DNA of 62,891 nucleotides, the filler included, from Rhabdomonas costata (Eukaryota), in the NCBI GenBank assembly GCA_019059605.1. It is 52 parts of 52 records of this genome, joined end to end, with 100 filler letters (N's around TTAATTAATTAA, not from the genome) between each part and the next. Parts side by side here need not be neighbours in the genome. Positions count along the whole stretch, not along the records: positions 24,231 to 25,343 come from JAHMHO010028027.1; positions 25,444 to 26,555 come from JAHMHO010028028.1; positions 26,656 to 27,767 come from JAHMHO010028029.1; positions 27,868 to 28,978 come from JAHMHO010028030.1; positions 29,079 to 30,190 come from JAHMHO010028031.1; positions 30,291 to 31,402 come from JAHMHO010028032.1; positions 31,503 to 32,614 come from JAHMHO010028033.1; positions 32,715 to 33,826 come from JAHMHO010028034.1; 44 more parts are not named here. One strand, given 5' to 3'. The notes beneath the pieces are model-generated. The model ran no database searches. It was not told the origin of the DNA and was given only the letters and a program-made list of their open reading frames with translations. Position numbers and translations under genes: made by a program. Positions 24,402 through 37,613 of the stretch are shown here, in pieces. Numbering within the stretch: position 1 is the stretch's first letter; each line of letters begins with the position of its first letter.

Positions 24402-24795
24402 TCAACGATTTAGTGGCTCCGTTTCCTGCTGGTACCTCATACCCAGAAAACGCGGCAGTTTATTCCCAGCTTGTCGTCGTCGGTGGGATCGGCTGACCTG
24501 CATCCTGCCGTGCCGTGTCAGGTGGGTCGCCGCCCTCAGCCACACCGCCGTGGACAGCGCGTTCCACACCTTGGAGTTCAGGTCCGCGGCGGTCTCGTTT
24601 GCATAGGCGCGGCTAGTCTTCACCTGCTTGATGAGCTTTTTGTAAAAGCGATGCCTTGGTGGTGTGATCCGCCATGCGTGTCCGCAGCCCACACGGAGTA
24701 CCTCCATCCTGCATCCCTGCAGGTACCGCTTATCCTTGTGCTGGTGTGCCTTGTCCAAAGGATCTTGGGACCCGCCAACGCGCGACCAGATTGAA
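24402..24795 (-). mobile_element. 5'-truncated, degenerate non-LTR retrotransposon end (restriction-like endonuclease C-terminus, CRE-like)
   Basis: With two compensating frameshifts it reads IWSRVGGSQDPLDKAHQHKDKRYLQ/DAGWRYSVWAADTHGGSHHQGIAFT/KLIKQV...VWNALSTAVWLRAATHL. This fits the A...K..KY, GW.f.p...DT.G and S.a pattern of RLE domains. Confidence 0.6.
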
Positions 24796-25547
24796 CCCCT
24801 CAAAACACACACACGAAGTAAAGGCCAATACGCATGAACCCGATGCAAACAAACAACCTGGCCTTACACACAACGGGGTAACGGTGATGCCAAGCGGTCC
24901 GTTTGATGCTAACTTGAGAGTGCAAAGCCGGATAGGAAAGGATGTACACGCCGAGGCCCCACAGCAGACACAGAAGACGATACACTCAACGAGAGGAGAC
25001 GCAAGACAAGGAAGGCAGACGGCAACAACAAGGAACCCAAGAAACCGAGGGACACAAACGGCAGCTAGACATCCCACGCGACATACCCACAAGCGTGCAT
25101 AGGACCGAACACAAGACAAGCATCACAAGTCAACAGGAACGCAGCACCATCACAGATTGACACACTAAACAAGAACCCAGGCATACCCCACAACGCAACA
25201 AACAGTCCAAACACAGCCCCCAAAGAAAGCACCGTATGAAAGTGAGCCACAACAAACTAGGTATCATGCTGAATGAGGTCCCAGGAAGCGGAAAACAACA
25301 CCAAACCCGTAAAGCCACCCAAAGTAAAGCACACCCAAAAAAANNNNNNNNNNNNNNNNNNNNNNNNNNNNNNNNNNNNNNNNNNNNTTAATTAATTAAN
25401 NNNNNNNNNNNNNNNNNNNNNNNNNNNNNNNNNNNNNNNNNNNGGGGTGTTGGTGCACAGCCTGCCGAAAGTGGCATCCTATCTTCATCCATTTTTGCCC
25501 ACTTTCAGCCTGAAATAGCTTGTGTTGCCACTCTCTGTGTGTGCCAG

Positions 25548-26128
25548 GCTGATCCTGATGCGTGTGCTTCGACCGGACAAGCTGGTGCCCGCGATCACCA
25601 ATTTTGTGGTGAAGGAGCTTGCCAAGAAGTACATCGAGCCCCCGATCTTTGACCTCCAGGCCATCTTCCTGGACTGCACCGACCCTTGGGTGTGGCCCTC
25701 GGCCCCTGCCCCCGCGCTCTCCTCTGCTTGTTCAGCGGCACATGTGTATGCACATACGCACCCGATGACCTCAGGATCGATGAACCTTTCCGAACCCCAC
25801 AAGCACGTCGGTTCACTGGTTTCGGAAAACGGCTTCCCCGGCAAGCGTAAACACTGACTTCTGGTAGACGCTGGTTGGCATCTGGATCGTAACCCCATCT
25901 CATTTCTGGATTGCACATGCATATATGTACACCTGCCCTTCTCCGTCGGCACACTGTTAGCCCGACCACCACCACCGTCACCACCTCTGATCACTGGGAA
26001 CTTTACATCCTCTCAGGTCCCGCTTATCTTCATCCTGTCGCCGGGCGCGGACCCGAACGCGGAGCTCCTGAAGCTCGCGGATGTCTGTGGAATGACAAAG
26101 AGAATGGAGCGGCTCTCCCTGGGCCAAG
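25548..26128 (+). CDS. Dynein heavy chain (AAA6 region, probably axonemal), exons 25548-25689 and 26017-26128
   Basis: LILMRVLRPDKLVPAITNFVVKELAKKYIEPPIFDLQAIFLDCTDPW|VPLIFILSPGADPNAELLKLA...LSLGQG. In-phase GT-AG intron. Confidence 0.96.
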
Positions 26129-29100
26129 GTGCGGCCCCACCACCAGGGCCAACCCAATGCCGGCAGCTGAGCGATCCACTGATTTCCAGTCTAGCCGACG
26201 AGCGCTGTTACTCCCGGCACCATGCGCTCATGTAGTAGTTTCCGTCAGAGACGAATTAAAATGAACCAACTGAAAACAGATACACTCAGATGCACAATTT
26301 GTAGCGTATCATCAATCAAACTCTTGCCAGGGAGCAAACGAAGCATTTATTGCGCAGTTGCTGAGCACTTGTAAGACCCTTTTCTTTTTTTCGTTTTATC
26401 GTGTGATAAAAACGTCATCCTTACTCACACAGGCACATGTGCGCTGTGCGCTGCGCACGCACGCACGCACGTGCACCAGCAGACTCCGGCCACGTACGCA
26501 GCTCATCAGCGCAAGGAAAACAGCCGACTGAGGCCGAGAGATCAGCCCCACAACANNNNNNNNNNNNNNNNNNNNNNNNNNNNNNNNNNNNNNNNNNNNT
26601 TAATTAATTAANNNNNNNNNNNNNNNNNNNNNNNNNNNNNNNNNNNNNNNNNNNNTTTTTTTGGGGAATTCTCGAACCAGGTTTTTCCCTCACAGGCCGG
26701 TTTCCACAGGAAATGATGACGGATGCACTGGCTTGGAGGGTAATCACTTCTATATTTTTGAAAATGGCGCCCGTCATACCTGGCTTTTCGATGACAGATC
26801 TCTGTTTCCAAAAGGCGAATAGGAAGTACTCGAACTGAGACTTGGAGAGGAGGATGGGCGGCTCACTGGCATGCTCTCGAATATTTTGTTGCGCCCCCAC
26901 ACGTGGTGGTTCAGCAGTGCCGGAGGACAATCCCTGTGAAAGAGAAGGAAATGTGAAAGAGAGGACATTGCGGTCGCAGTACCTTCGCACAGACCAAATG
27001 GTGTAACCTGTGCCGGGCTGGAAGCCTGTCTGCAGTGACTTGACAGGGCTCCGAGTGTACCACGGTCGCTGAGAAACAGCCCTCGGACGGCCCTTCACTC
27101 CATCACCATAAGCATTATCGGGAGCCCTTTTTTTTTACCACCTCAGATATCTTTCTTAGTTCTCCTCCGGTCCTGTCCTGGAGGCTGGGTTTGACGAGGG
27201 TTTTTACATCGGTTAGTTGCACCCCCGGGTGCACCATTAGAAGCAGGACGACCGACGAAATCCTTGTCCGCTTCGTTGCCTTGCTCAACCGCTTCCCGAA
27301 CGCCTGTGACGCCGCGCATTGGGCGCTGCGGGGGCTTACCTTGGTATACACCAAGAGCCTGGCTGTGATTACACTCAGCCGCCTTTCGCAGCGCGGGGCG
27401 GGGTCCTTCGCGACTCCCGCTTTTCCTAGGTGACCTGACGGTTGTGGTGCTTTCTCCTCCTTCTGGGGTGGCGCGGCTACGAAGCAAGGTGAGCAGTGCA
27501 CCGAGCTGAACAGTGCGAATCAAGCCAAAGTCTAGCTAAACACCGCGCGGCTTACGATACACATCACCACCGCCCAAACCTTCAACGGAACCGCTTGCGC
27601 AGCACCCTACGAACTCAACCCCTTCAACCAAAACCCCAAACAAATGCAAAAAGCTACTTTTTGCACGCATCACCTTGACCAGAAACTTGAGGACTGGCAT
27701 TTCCTGCATGACTACCTTCTTCAACGTCTTCTTCCGACCAAGCCGCAGCATCGTCTCCCCACCAACANNNNNNNNNNNNNNNNNNNNNNNNNNNNNNNNN
27801 NNNNNNNNNNNTTAATTAATTAANNNNNNNNNNNNNNNNNNNNNNNNNNNNNNNNNNNNNNNNNNNNGTTTTTGGTTTCAGAATGCACTCTGAAAGCAAA
27901 AAAAGAACTCAATGAAAACAAAAATCCTCACCTCAAAGCGGCAATTTCCTTCTTCAGCGCTCGCATCTGAAAAGCAGAAAACGTCCCCATTCTTTGTGTG
28001 GTGGTTGCACTTTCGTCTCACTCAGACGTATACGTGAGGCGACAAAAAAAAGGTTTGCCCCATTCCATGCCCCCCCCCCCTCCCTGTTGACGACCTGTGT
28101 TCCTGCGCATCATAACTTGACAACTGGACCAAATCAAGGGATTCGGGTCGGAGACAGAGTTCGGGTAATTGGTCAGGGCCAATGAGAACGGAATGAAAAG
28201 ACATGACCAAGAATTGGTCTGGAATATGGGTTCCTCCGAAAAGGAAAGATTATCCTTTCAATGAGCAAGCGACACTCCTAATTTCAATACAGAAAACATT
28301 TACCAATTTCAAGAAACGGATGGTGGCGGAGGGAAAGCCAGTCCAGCATTAAAATCGTGGAATCTGACGTTCTGTTCCCATATTAAGTGCTAATCAAAAA
28401 CATGAAAAACACCTGTAACCGCATCAAAACAAAGACCACGCTAGGATGTAGGTGTGCAAAGGTCACATTGACCAGACGTGAAGAGAGTGTTTTGAAGAGG
28501 AGGAGGTGACAGTGGGTAGTGGCAAGACGTTGTAAGGCGGTTAAGTGCGGGAAGGGGTGACCTCGGCGTATTGTACAATTCTTGGACCAGGGGCAGAAAC
28601 CGGTCGCACGTGACGCTTTGTTACATTGCTGTCATGTGCAGCTTTGTTTCAGTGATGTTCCCATTTGTTCTTTTTTCTTGGCTCGCGTGCACGCTTGAGT
28701 GAGACGAAAGAACAACAACCACAGAAAAAAGGCATCACAGCAGACACCAACCTGACTTCTTCCTCGCTGAGGTGCAAGCCTGGGAAGGAGACAAACACGA
28801 AGATGCTACAAATAGGAAAGTGCTGATGAGGGAAAATGGGCGTGAGCGAGGCCGATAAACGAGGCAGAAGAAAATAACATCAGCAGCCTTTGGACTATGA
28901 AGCACCATTAGGAAGCACACGAAAGGAAGCATAATAACAACCCCCCGAGAGGTATATAAACAGGATTGTACAAGTTTTNNNNNNNNNNNNNNNNNNNNNN
29001 NNNNNNNNNNNNNNNNNNNNNNTTAATTAATTAANNNNNNNNNNNNNNNNNNNNNNNNNNNNNNNNNNNNNNNNNNNNGATGCGCCATGTTTCCGGCCTC

Positions 29101-32100
29101 AACTAGCCGGATAGCCAGTGTAGCGCATACGCTCATTAGCTCCCATGCGACAGGCCCAAGTGTGCTCAACTCACGAGCTCCCTGCAGTGGTGCCAAGAAG
29201 AACCCGCGTCTCGCCTACCGTCACTTCTTCCGGGTCTCTGAAAAGTGACACCCCGTGCCCCCTGGCTCACACGGTGTCCGTTTTCCAGGCTGAAGGCGAT
29301 TACTGTCACTACCTGCTGCAGTGGCTGCCTATCTGCAGCTGTTTTTGTCTGTGAAGGGGAGAAAGTCTGAATGCCTCATGCGCGCAGCGCGCGAGAGTTG
29401 CGCGCAGAGCACTGCCTTCTGCCCGAATGCCAGTTGCTTCCCTAGGTAACCCTACCTTCAGACGCAGCTGCTCAGGTCTCTGAGGCTCTGCGCTAGTTTT
29501 TTTCGGGGTCGGCCTTATGGACTTATGACAGTGAAGCGTTGAGCTTTTCCTTCCGTTGTGTAAATGGGAAGAAACGGTATCTGGCAGGCCAGCACGTCGC
29601 TATGGTTGTATTTCTGCTCTTAGGATCTACCATGCCGCTGCCTCAGGGACTCATCGCCGATGTGAGGGAGGGAGAGAGGGAAGGAGGGAAGGAGCATGTG
29701 AACGGGTTAGTAAATGTGTGTGCGTGTGTGTGTCGGGCGCAAGGCGCGTTGATGACTTTGGACTGAGGGGCGCACGTGCTGTTGACCATTTAGCGGGATT
29801 ATGTGTGTATGTACGTTTCATATCGAAACATCCCTAATGCGGGAAGGTGTGAGAGAAACGTTCAGAAATTCAGAGCAGGACAGCGGGGTGTTTTGGTCCC
29901 ACGTAATGGCGGGGAGGGGGGCACGTGCGGTGGCGGAAAAAAAAGTGCCCCACGCGCGCGGTGGGAGGCTGGCTCGGGGTTTATCGGGCTCGGGATTTTC
30001 AACCACACAGCATCTGTGACTTCTTTGCGAAAACTCACGCACTAGTCTCACGTTACCAGGTGAGCCAGCGCTCAAGACGGGTGGCCTAATGACATGAGTA
30101 AGTCCCTTCAATGGCGGTCCAACCAAGAAGCCACAGGATTTGGCAATTCCACCCCCACCCCCCAATGCACACGACCTCGGGACTGTCCCCNNNNNNNNNN
30201 NNNNNNNNNNNNNNNNNNNNNNNNNNNNNNNNNNTTAATTAATTAANNNNNNNNNNNNNNNNNNNNNNNNNNNNNNNNNNNNNNNNNNNNGGTGGAAGGT
30301 GTGCACCTTCAACGCCAAACATCAGCCGACACACTGACTGCCCAGATTTAGTGCCGCTCAGCCCTAAACACAGTGCTTAAACTGCTCCGACGAAAGTCTC
30401 AGTTTACGGTGGAGCCTGCTATATAAAGAGAGCACTTCCACCGCCGCAATGACCCAATGGTCCTGTTTCCGCTCTCATTTTCGACTGTTTTGCCCATTGT
30501 GTATTTTTCGCCCATTTTTGGGCATTTTTTGCATGAATGTTGACTCCGCCCCTGTGTGTGGTTTGTATTCAGTCCAAAATTTGATGGCACTTATGTGCCG
30601 TCGCACCTGCGTTTTTGTTGGCACCTGTGCCTTGTTAACAAGTATTGACAAGGGGGTTAGCTACAGTCCCTTTCAAGTCGAATCTTGCGCTGAAAGAGGT
30701 GAGATGTAGCTTGATGTGCCAGGTCCCCTACGGAGAGCCGGAACTCAGAGGTTCGAAATACATTCCCTCGTGGGCAGCAAAGAATTTACACTTACCCTCC
30801 CTCACTCTTTCCTTGGCTTTTTCTCAGCCCCGGGCCTCCGTGGCTCAGCTGCTGACCTGCGCGCAGCTGGTGCTGACCATCCTGCGGAGGAGGAGTAGCA
30901 ACCTGGGGCAGCCCGTCGGGGAGGACGGGGACCCCGCCCAGGACCCTGGTCCCCCACTGGGTCTGCCGTTTACTATTTTATGCTCATGCTCTTTTCGGGA
31001 CGACTTTCTAATGCGTTCCATGGCGTTGAATACCACATCCCATCCAACACCCTTACAATCCAATCCTATCCTATCAGTCCTATCAGGGAGTCTTTACAAA
31101 GTGATCTTTTCCTGTTTTTTTTTGTGCTCTTTTGGTTTGAGGCGAGCGGACCACCCAGAAAATGGCAGTATGTCTTTCCAGTTTCCAGTATTTGGAGCTC
31201 TTCTAAAGTATTGTGTGTGGGGTACCACTGGTACCCAGGTTTGCGTTTTTCTTGTCCGCAAGATTGTGTGGTTCACGGCAATATAAGATTTGCCTTGATT
31301 CAAATTAAAGAAGATTTTGCAGAGGGTTTGGGAGGGTGATGGTGGAATGCCCATGTTTCCCGGATGTTTTGCCCGCGGACCGCAGAGGAGCCCCCCAAAA
31401 ACNNNNNNNNNNNNNNNNNNNNNNNNNNNNNNNNNNNNNNNNNNNNTTAATTAATTAANNNNNNNNNNNNNNNNNNNNNNNNNNNNNNNNNNNNNNNNNN
31501 NNGTTGTGGGGTGTTATGGACCCTGGCCCCGTTCGTCAGATCAGTGGCTTGAAACGGGTACCAATTGATGGACGCGAGATCGCGCTTTCTTTTTTTCGGC
31601 TCTTTTTTGTCCGGCTTCTTTCCTCAGGAAGCGGAGGACTTCTCGACGGCACCCTCACCCTCACCATATTTTCGTAAACCCGCCCCAACTTCTAATTATT
31701 CCTTGCCGAACGGGGCCAGGGTCCATAACATCTCTCACCGAGCCCTGCAATTTTTAATTAACTCAACCTTCAGAAAAGGGCAAAGGGTGCATATCCGGAA
31801 ACAGGGGGAATGATCCCTCTGGAAGTCCTTCGGTCGCCGGGAATCATCACTTACATCACTGTACTTGTGCCTTTCTTCCAATTCTGCACTGCATTTCCAC
31901 TGCGCAGTTGCAGTAGTAAACGTTACCATAGGCTTGCACTCCCCTCACGCCCGCACCCCTTGTATTACCATCCACCACTAATGCGGCCAACTGTTGTTGC
32001 GAGTCGGGGCTCCGGGCTCCGGGAAAGCGCTGGGAAAGCGTAACAAAACAGGAGAACACAGGATCGAATTCTTTCGAGATCTGAGACAGCTCCCCCCCCT

Positions 32101-32720
32101 CACCTGAATAAGCGACAGGAACATCCACACAGAGCTGGGCACCCGCAGCTCGTACATCTCCGCGGGACCAACCGCCCCGCACTGCGCCGAGGCCGCGCCA
32201 GACCTTGCCGGGAAGACCCCTGGGATGGAGAGGCTGTGCCAAGATCCCTGCTCCTTGCACACGTCCACACTGTAGGGGTAGAAGAAGAAGGCGCACATGA
32301 ATTCTGACGACCCTTCTAATGCCCTCCACAAAAAGTTCCAATGCCATGCATCACGTCCCCACACGATCTGAGCATGGATTGGCTTGAAAGTTTTCTTGTG
32401 GCATGCTTAAGATGTAAGCAATGCCGTCTCATTGCTTTTGGTGGGGCATCAGCCATTTCGACTGACTCTGATGACTCATGCGTTGCGTTGTCGAGCGCCG
32501 GGTTTTTCTTTTTTGTACAAATTTCCTCGTCTTTCTCACGTTAAACTGTTGCGTTGGGGACTTTAGCCGACAACACAATTATCGTCAAACGGTTGTACAT
32601 AATGCAAAAAACAANNNNNNNNNNNNNNNNNNNNNNNNNNNNNNNNNNNNNNNNNNNNTTAATTAATTAANNNNNNNNNNNNNNNNNNNNNNNNNNNNNN
32701 NNNNNNNNNNNNNNGGGTGG

Positions 32721-33108
32721 TGGGTGTTTTATTCGAGTCACACGATCTCGGCACCTTTCACGAATTTGGGATGCAAGCAGTCTATCGGCCAAGCGTGTCT
32801 CAACCTTGTGCTTATCAAGCCGTTGAGACAATGTACGGATTGCGGCTAATAGAACAGAACTATGTCACTGCGGTACGAAGGAGAGGACTACCGGTGATCA
32901 AAATAAGGCCGTCTATAGGATACGAGTTTAACATACATCGCGCCCAAACCCCCTGCAAAAAACACCTTATGATCCATCGTCCCGTGACAAATATTCCTCC
33001 CAGACAACACCATAACCGGTGATTGCTCACCATGGAAAATCAGATTAAACCTTTGACCCACTGGCGAGAACTGGTGGCAACTATCGTGTAACTCGAATAA
33101 AACACCCA
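32721..33108. mobile_element. Putative MITE with 26-bp terminal inverted repeats
   Basis: tgggtgttttattcgagtcacacgat (32721-32746) pairs with 33083-33108, one internal mismatch. No convincing coding sequence inside. Confidence 0.5.
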
Positions 33109-33298
33109 TGACATTGGACCACGCAGCACATGCATCGCAGCGTGCATTGCCCTCTAAGCACACAAAATCCTCTTGGAGTCTCTGTAGAAACTTTAGAAAC
33201 TGTAGACATCCATCTACCAGATCCTTCTTTGGCAACTGACATTCAAATTTACAATTACCCCTCCCACTTCCACAATCATGAAGGGTGAGTTACCACAC

Positions 33299-33574
33299 CA
33301 ATGAGTGCGCCATTCTTCGTGAAGGCGATGCTACAGCTCAAGAAGTTCACCATACACCCTACCACGTCGCCCATGGTGAATGGCGGCCCGTACGGCTCCC
33401 CACTGGAAAAATGGTGCAGTGGTTCGAAAAAGGTCCAGAAAATAAGAAAATAAGAAAAATCAAAAAGGACTGTCGATCCGTCGGAAGGGTCTAAGAGGGA
33501 AGGCAGGCACCTGCCGCATCCTCTGTACTTCTTTCCAGCATCACCGTGGTAGCCGTAAGATCCACGGTCCCAGC
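33299..33574 (-). CDS. SPRY-domain protein (RanBP9/10, SPRYD3-like), exons 33574-33511 and 33402-33299
   Basis: GWDRGSYGYHGDAGKKYRGCG|SGEPYGPPFTMGDVVGCMVNFLSCSIAFTKNGALIG. Confidence 0.93.
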
Positions 33575-36347
33575 CTTTGACGAAAATGTGCCATAAAAGC
33601 TCTGCGGATGCCGACGCACTGAACTGCAAGTTGAGTGCGATTGCTGATATAGAAAACCAAGTCCTTAACCAGCATGCCTCATGTTTTCAGGACAAAAACG
33701 TTTAAAGAGTTGGGAGTTGGAGAAACGAGGCACACAAAGTGAGCCGCGGTATAAATAATCACAGGAAAGGAGCAGGTACCAGGCAGCCTGTTGCTCCGAA
33801 ACTCCTTCGAGGTAAAACCAACCCCCNNNNNNNNNNNNNNNNNNNNNNNNNNNNNNNNNNNNNNNNNNNNTTAATTAATTAANNNNNNNNNNNNNNNNNN
33901 NNNNNNNNNNNNNNNNNNNNNNNNNNTTTTGTGTTGCCTTCTGGCAAAGAAATCCAAAGGGCGTCGGATGAAGGGATGAAGCTCGGATGAAGGCCCTTTC
34001 GGCCCATTTTAACTGCGATTCACGCAACACGGTCACTGGCGACATGGAAAACGACTTTGTTCAGCGACAAAGGTTGCAGTCACGGAACCCATGAAACGTG
34101 CGTTGCTCACACACACACACACGAGAGCAGGCAGATCACTCCTTTCATGGAGAGAGCATCATTTAATAATTCTCCGAGCACTTTCCTGTTATTCGAGCCC
34201 CTTTCTCTGCGTGAGGACGTGAACTGGAAATGAAAGGTACGCCATGCAGCCGGTGTGCCCGGAGGAAGGGTCCTCTCCGCTGTGGAGACTCCACGCCTGC
34301 GTATGGGAGACCGCTCTGCTGCAGCGCAGCCGGCTGTGCGAGGTGAAGGTCCTTCTCCGGGGCCCCACCGCGGGTGTGCGCTGGGAGGGATTCGTGCACT
34401 CTCCCCGCTCCCCCAATGCCTGACTGTTGTACATATAGGGCTAAGACATGACCTCCTGCAGTTGTCTCAGCGGTTCATCAGTTCTGCGGTATGAAAAAAA
34501 GAAAGAAGTTCATTTTGGCCTTTTACCCGCTCCTGTCTATCTGCCGATTTGCTTTTGCCTCATAGTGATCTCGATTTTCATGGCTTCGCGTCTATCCCTC
34601 AGTTTGCTATTCTTCTCTCTCTGTGTGTGTGGGTTGGTGTGGGTGTGCTTGCAACAGTGATCCACAGGCACCGCAGAAAGAAAAGAAAAAGCTGGACATT
34701 CGTTCAGAAAAGAAAAGCCGTCAGAGTGGACCTCGAAGATCTCGTTTATGCCGAGAGGGGACGACGTCAAACAATTAACAGGGTTAAACGTCGTTAAACA
34801 GTGTGTTACGATACTGGACGTTTTGTTTTGGGGTACCTTTCCTGCGTATTTCTGGTGTGTTAGAGTCTGACTTTGATGAAACTGCCCGGGTTATGCGATG
34901 AACGGGTTTGTAGGAGATGCCACAAGGGACAGAGTTATTGTAGTGGTGAAGGCCAGCCCGAGACACGGCCGAAGCGGGCGGCTGAGGCGGGGACGTTGTC
35001 TGTCGGAAGCGGGGGAGTTTTCGTAGTCCTGNNNNNNNNNNNNNNNNNNNNNNNNNNNNNNNNNNNNNNNNNNNNTTAATTAATTAANNNNNNNNNNNNN
35101 NNNNNNNNNNNNNNNNNNNNNNNNNNNNNNNTGTGTTAGGTGTATTTGGTTTTTTGTGAGACCATGAACTCAGTGCCCATGCCGCGACCATCACACCACA
35201 TGACAAGGCCCAACAAAAAACCAATATGCGAGGCTTGTACGTTAAAACCAACACGTCTTCTATTAAATCCAGCTCAATTATAAAATTAGTTAATTAAAAT
35301 GAAAAAGAGTAATGTTGGCGGCTGTTTTGCAAAAATGGTGTCGCTAATGTGAGCTAGTTTCATGCAAAACTTAATAATTTTAGTGGTTCATATGGAGTTT
35401 TAAAACTTTTGATGTCAATTATTTGTGCAAATGATAATGAAATACTGTAGATAATCACAGGTTAAGATGTAAACCAAGATTATTTCTATTGAACCCAAAC
35501 TACGTCTTTGATGTCTTTTAACACATACAGAGCCGCAATCCTAAGATGTAGTGCGTTCCACAACTTTTCTTCTACTGAAACATGCTTTCAAGCAGAAGAA
35601 TGTCTGTACATGACTAAAAACTTCAAATAAAGTATACATTACAGATGCTATCAACCAGGAACAATGATCTGGAATATTTTAGCACACTGTCACTCATTGC
35701 ATTATAGAAGTCAAACTTTAGAAGTTATTTTGTGATTTTACTGGAATACCTGATGAAATATGTACGCGCGATTTTATAATGCTGAAAGTATCTCATTGAG
35801 GTTTTCACTATAATCACTGTTAATAGACTGTTGCACTTCTAGTGCACTATTAATAATTAAGCATTTATCTAAACTCAAAACATACAAAATAAATATGTTT
35901 GTATGGCTGGTACGATCAATCGGATGTATAACAAGAGTGACCTGTAGACAACTACGGTACACTTTGGGCAATAATAACGTTTGTTTTTGCTAAAACAGAG
36001 ACAAAACTGGCACACAAAAGGTTAGGTAACTAATGTGATTTATGTAGTTCATATACTACTACTATATACTGATACTATATATTGATATGAAATTGAAACT
36101 TAGCCACATTTTGTTTGGTAAAAACTGGATTGTAATAGGTTTTCTGAAGAAAACGTTGTGGTTTTGGTGGAATTATAGTATACATAGTAAACATAGTATA
36201 CATAGTATACATGCGTTCAATTTTCTAAATAACACCCCCACCANNNNNNNNNNNNNNNNNNNNNNNNNNNNNNNNNNNNNNNNNNNNTTAATTAATTAAN
36301 NNNNNNNNNNNNNNNNNNNNNNNNNNNNNNNNNNNNNNNNNNNGGTG

Positions 36348-36478
36348 TGGGTTCAACTTCTTGCCGAGCTCCTGGAAACTCCGGGAAATGTGGTCTAAAG
36401 TGTTCAGCAGGGGCCCTGCTGAACACTTTAGACCACATTTCCCGGAGTTTCCAGGAGCTCGGCATGAAGGTGAACCCA
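36348..36478. repeat. About 65-bp-arm hairpin at the contig start (probable fold-back)
   Basis: Arms are centred on 36413, with two mismatches near the outer end. Confidence 0.85.
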
Positions 36479-36610
36479 GCGAAGTGCAAGATGTGGAGTC
36501 CTTGGGGCCTCTCAAAAGAAAGTACCGTCCCGTTTCTCGACTGGAATTCCCCAAAGGCAGTCCTCGGACCTCCCTTTGGTTCAGAGGCAGCGATAGCCCA
36601 GTTCCAGAAC
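36412..36610 (+). mobile_element. Non-LTR retrotransposon reverse-transcriptase fragment (domains 6-7, CRE-like)
   Basis: ALLNTLDHISRSFQELGMKVNPAKCKMWSP...AVLGPPFGSEAAIAQF matches G(L/M)xvNxxKc.vw...vLG.P.G. The YxDD motif is not in the fragment. Confidence 0.7.
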
Positions 36611-36863
36611 AGGCGTCCTCGATTTGGTCCTCAGTTTGGTTTGGGCCTGCCGATGGCAGGGGTTTCCGTCAACTCCATCAGTTCCGTAGGTTTATGTTGT
36701 CTTAGAAACTTTGCCCACTCCCACTGTTGACCAGGTTTTCCTACAGGTTGTCAGCTCCTCGGCTTACGATCCCAGAGGGACAGTTTGGTTTGGCAGTAAC
36801 TCAAAAATGAGGTCACGCCGAAAAGACGCGAAAAGACTATTCACCAAGTTTGAATACGAGGCG

Positions 36864-36887
36864 TTAGGGTTACGGTTAGGGTTAGGG
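36864..36887 (+). repeat. Interstitial telomere-like repeat (TTAGGG)4, one degenerate unit
   Basis: ttaggg ttacgg ttaggg ttaggg. Confidence 0.75.
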
Positions 36888-37613
36888 TACTCACGAAATT
36901 ACCTCCCAGTCCGTCTGCCGCAGGTGCCAGTCACCAACTCAACTTTTGTTTCCTCAAGCCCCCAAATGTCCTTCGAAGTTTCTTTTTCCCCGAGGTCTGA
37001 GGCCTCACTCGCAACGGACCCCTGCCCCACGGGGAGCTCGCTGGAGGAGGCCTTCCGAAAGGTGGCCCTACGCGGGGAGCTCGCGGAAAGCTGCCTGGCC
37101 CAGGCTCTCCGGTAAATTGTCCCAAACATCCTCTACATCCATTTTGTGAACCCACTCTATCTTTCCAAACACTGCAAACGTTTAAACTCGGGGTCTTCAC
37201 AGCCGTTTTTCTCCCTGACTCGTTTTAATGGGTATGTGCTGAGGCACCAATCAACCCCATTCACAGCCATGTAGCGCATTTATGGCGAGTTTGTAGTCCA
37301 TCAGCAATGGTATTTCAGATGCTGTGTCGTTGCATTCAATGCGTTTTAAATTTTTTAACAACCTCAGAAGAAATTGGCAATCGTCGGCCTGTTGAACCCA
37401 GAAGCGCGGCACATGCTGCCAAGGCCGAATTCAAAGATGGCCTGAGTTCCCTGTCNNNNNNNNNNNNNNNNNNNNNNNNNNNNNNNNNNNNNNNNNNNNT
37501 TAATTAATTAANNNNNNNNNNNNNNNNNNNNNNNNNNNNNNNNNNNNNNNNNNNNTGTCCAACCCCCCCCCCCCCGCACACATAAAATTGTCCCCAATCG
37601 AAGCAGCACATAC

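Noticed and set aside
24403..24430. caacgattta resembles the start of a diplonemid spliced leader as I recall it (a CRE/SLACS target)
   Set aside because: Only about 10 nt match; no recognisable remaining SL exon, donor context or Sm site.
29079..30190. Possible structured ncRNA (small hairpins near 29093-29110)
   Set aside because: No recognisable rRNA, snRNA, SL or snoRNA motifs.
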